A stretch of 62,630 nt of DNA, filler included, from Asterionella formosa (lineage: Eukaryota), in assembly GCA_002256025.1 (NCBI GenBank). It is 21 parts of 21 records of this genome, joined end to end, with 100 filler letters (N's around TTAATTAATTAA, not from the genome) between each part and the next. Parts side by side here need not be neighbours in the genome. Positions count along the whole stretch, not along the records: positions 60,964 to 62,630 come from NKIB01001573.1; 20 more parts are not named here. The stretch is one strand, 5' to 3'. The translations under genes were made by a program, and so were the position numbers. Positions 62,008 to 62,630 of the stretch are shown here, in pieces. The notes under the pieces were generated by a model. It was not told the DNA's origin. It saw only the letters and a list, made by a program, of their open reading frames with translations, and did not search any database. The first letter of the stretch is position 1. Each line of letters opens with the position of its first letter.

Positions 62008-62630
62008 CCGTATACTTCATTGTCCTGGACCCCCCAATGTACAATGCCGTGACTGAATTTGACTGATTTTACTTAAGGGGGGTCCAGGACAATGAAGAGA
62101 TTTCCCTTATACTAGTCCTAAGTTAATTTTATTAGTTCTACAGGATGGCGCGCATTTTTCTAATATTTATTAATATGATCACTGTTTCCGAAAAGTGAAA
62201 AATGAGAAAGTTCTTCACCTTGCAAGAAAAGCGCGACATCGTGCTGGATGAAGCATGGGAACTCCCCGGCATCATCAAGGCTGTTGCACGTAAGTATGGC
62301 ATCGGCGCCAGCAATATTCGGCGCTGGAAAGCTAACTTTCATGATTTCGACAATCGTTATTCTGATGTAGAAGGTTTATTGTCGGATGAGGGGCGTCTCC
62401 TTCTGAAAAAACAAACTTTTCATTTAGGCAAGTCGCGTAGCAATAGTGCAACTGAATTTGCGGCGATTCGTCTCTTGTATGATCAGCTTCGTGGTGATGA
62501 TCGCGCTTGTTCGATCATGTTGCTTGCTGCTGAGCTGAAGCGCTTGTCGGGACATGTTGCTAGCTTGAGCGTTATTCAACAGCGTGTAGCTCGTTGGTGC
62601 ACATCCCAAAACATTGTGTATCGTCGTATC
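62008..62630 (+). mobile_element. pogo-family (Tc1/mariner) transposon left end, with transposase ORF from 62202 open to the window end
   Basis: TA|CCGTATAC terminus and a perfect 21-bp inverted pair (62015-62035, 62077-62097). Hand translation MRKFFTLQEKRDIV...AVARKYGIGASNIRRWK...RVARWCTSQNIVYRRI fits tandem HTH (CENP-B-like) domains. Not in the ORF track. Confidence 0.82.

Noticed and set aside
36215..62630. A multi-gene system formed by neighbouring recombinase, RT, integrase and transposase ORFs
   Set aside because: They lie on separate contigs joined artificially, so their order carries no information.

Overview
This is not one locus. It is 21 contigs joined by 20 artificial 100-nt spacers (44 N + TTAATTAATTAA + 44 N). 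Twenty contigs are about 1.67 kb and one (8861-36114) is 27 kb, so adjacency across spacers has no meaning. The DNA is eukaryotic and most likely from a diatom or other ochrophyte, judged from short GT-AG introns, a signal-peptide-led plastid fibrillin and the transposon types present. The long contig carries seven genes: TRAPPC13, an unknown protein, golgin-84 (4 exons), a MOV10/SDE3-like RNA helicase (2 exons), a PAP/fibrillin, gamma-tubulin and an unknown Ser-rich protein with 12-aa repeats. Six of these form three tight tail-to-tail pairs, and repeats accumulate on their 5' sides. The short contigs are mostly transposon debris (Copia, Gypsy, PIF/Harbinger, pogo, two unrelated tyrosine-recombinase/Crypton families, MITEs), a 188-bp satellite, one apparently intact acyl-CoA synthetase 3' part, and broken host-gene copies (MIP peptidase, SNW1, Obg-family GTPase, LRR). 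The most unusual signal is pervasive TA-x-TA micro-insertions (TACCGGTA, TACCAGTA, TACCAGGTA arrays). They distinguish homologous repeat copies exactly as Tc1/mariner/pogo excision footprints would, and a pogo element starting TA|CCG is present in the window. All family assignments come from remembered motifs; no database search was run.
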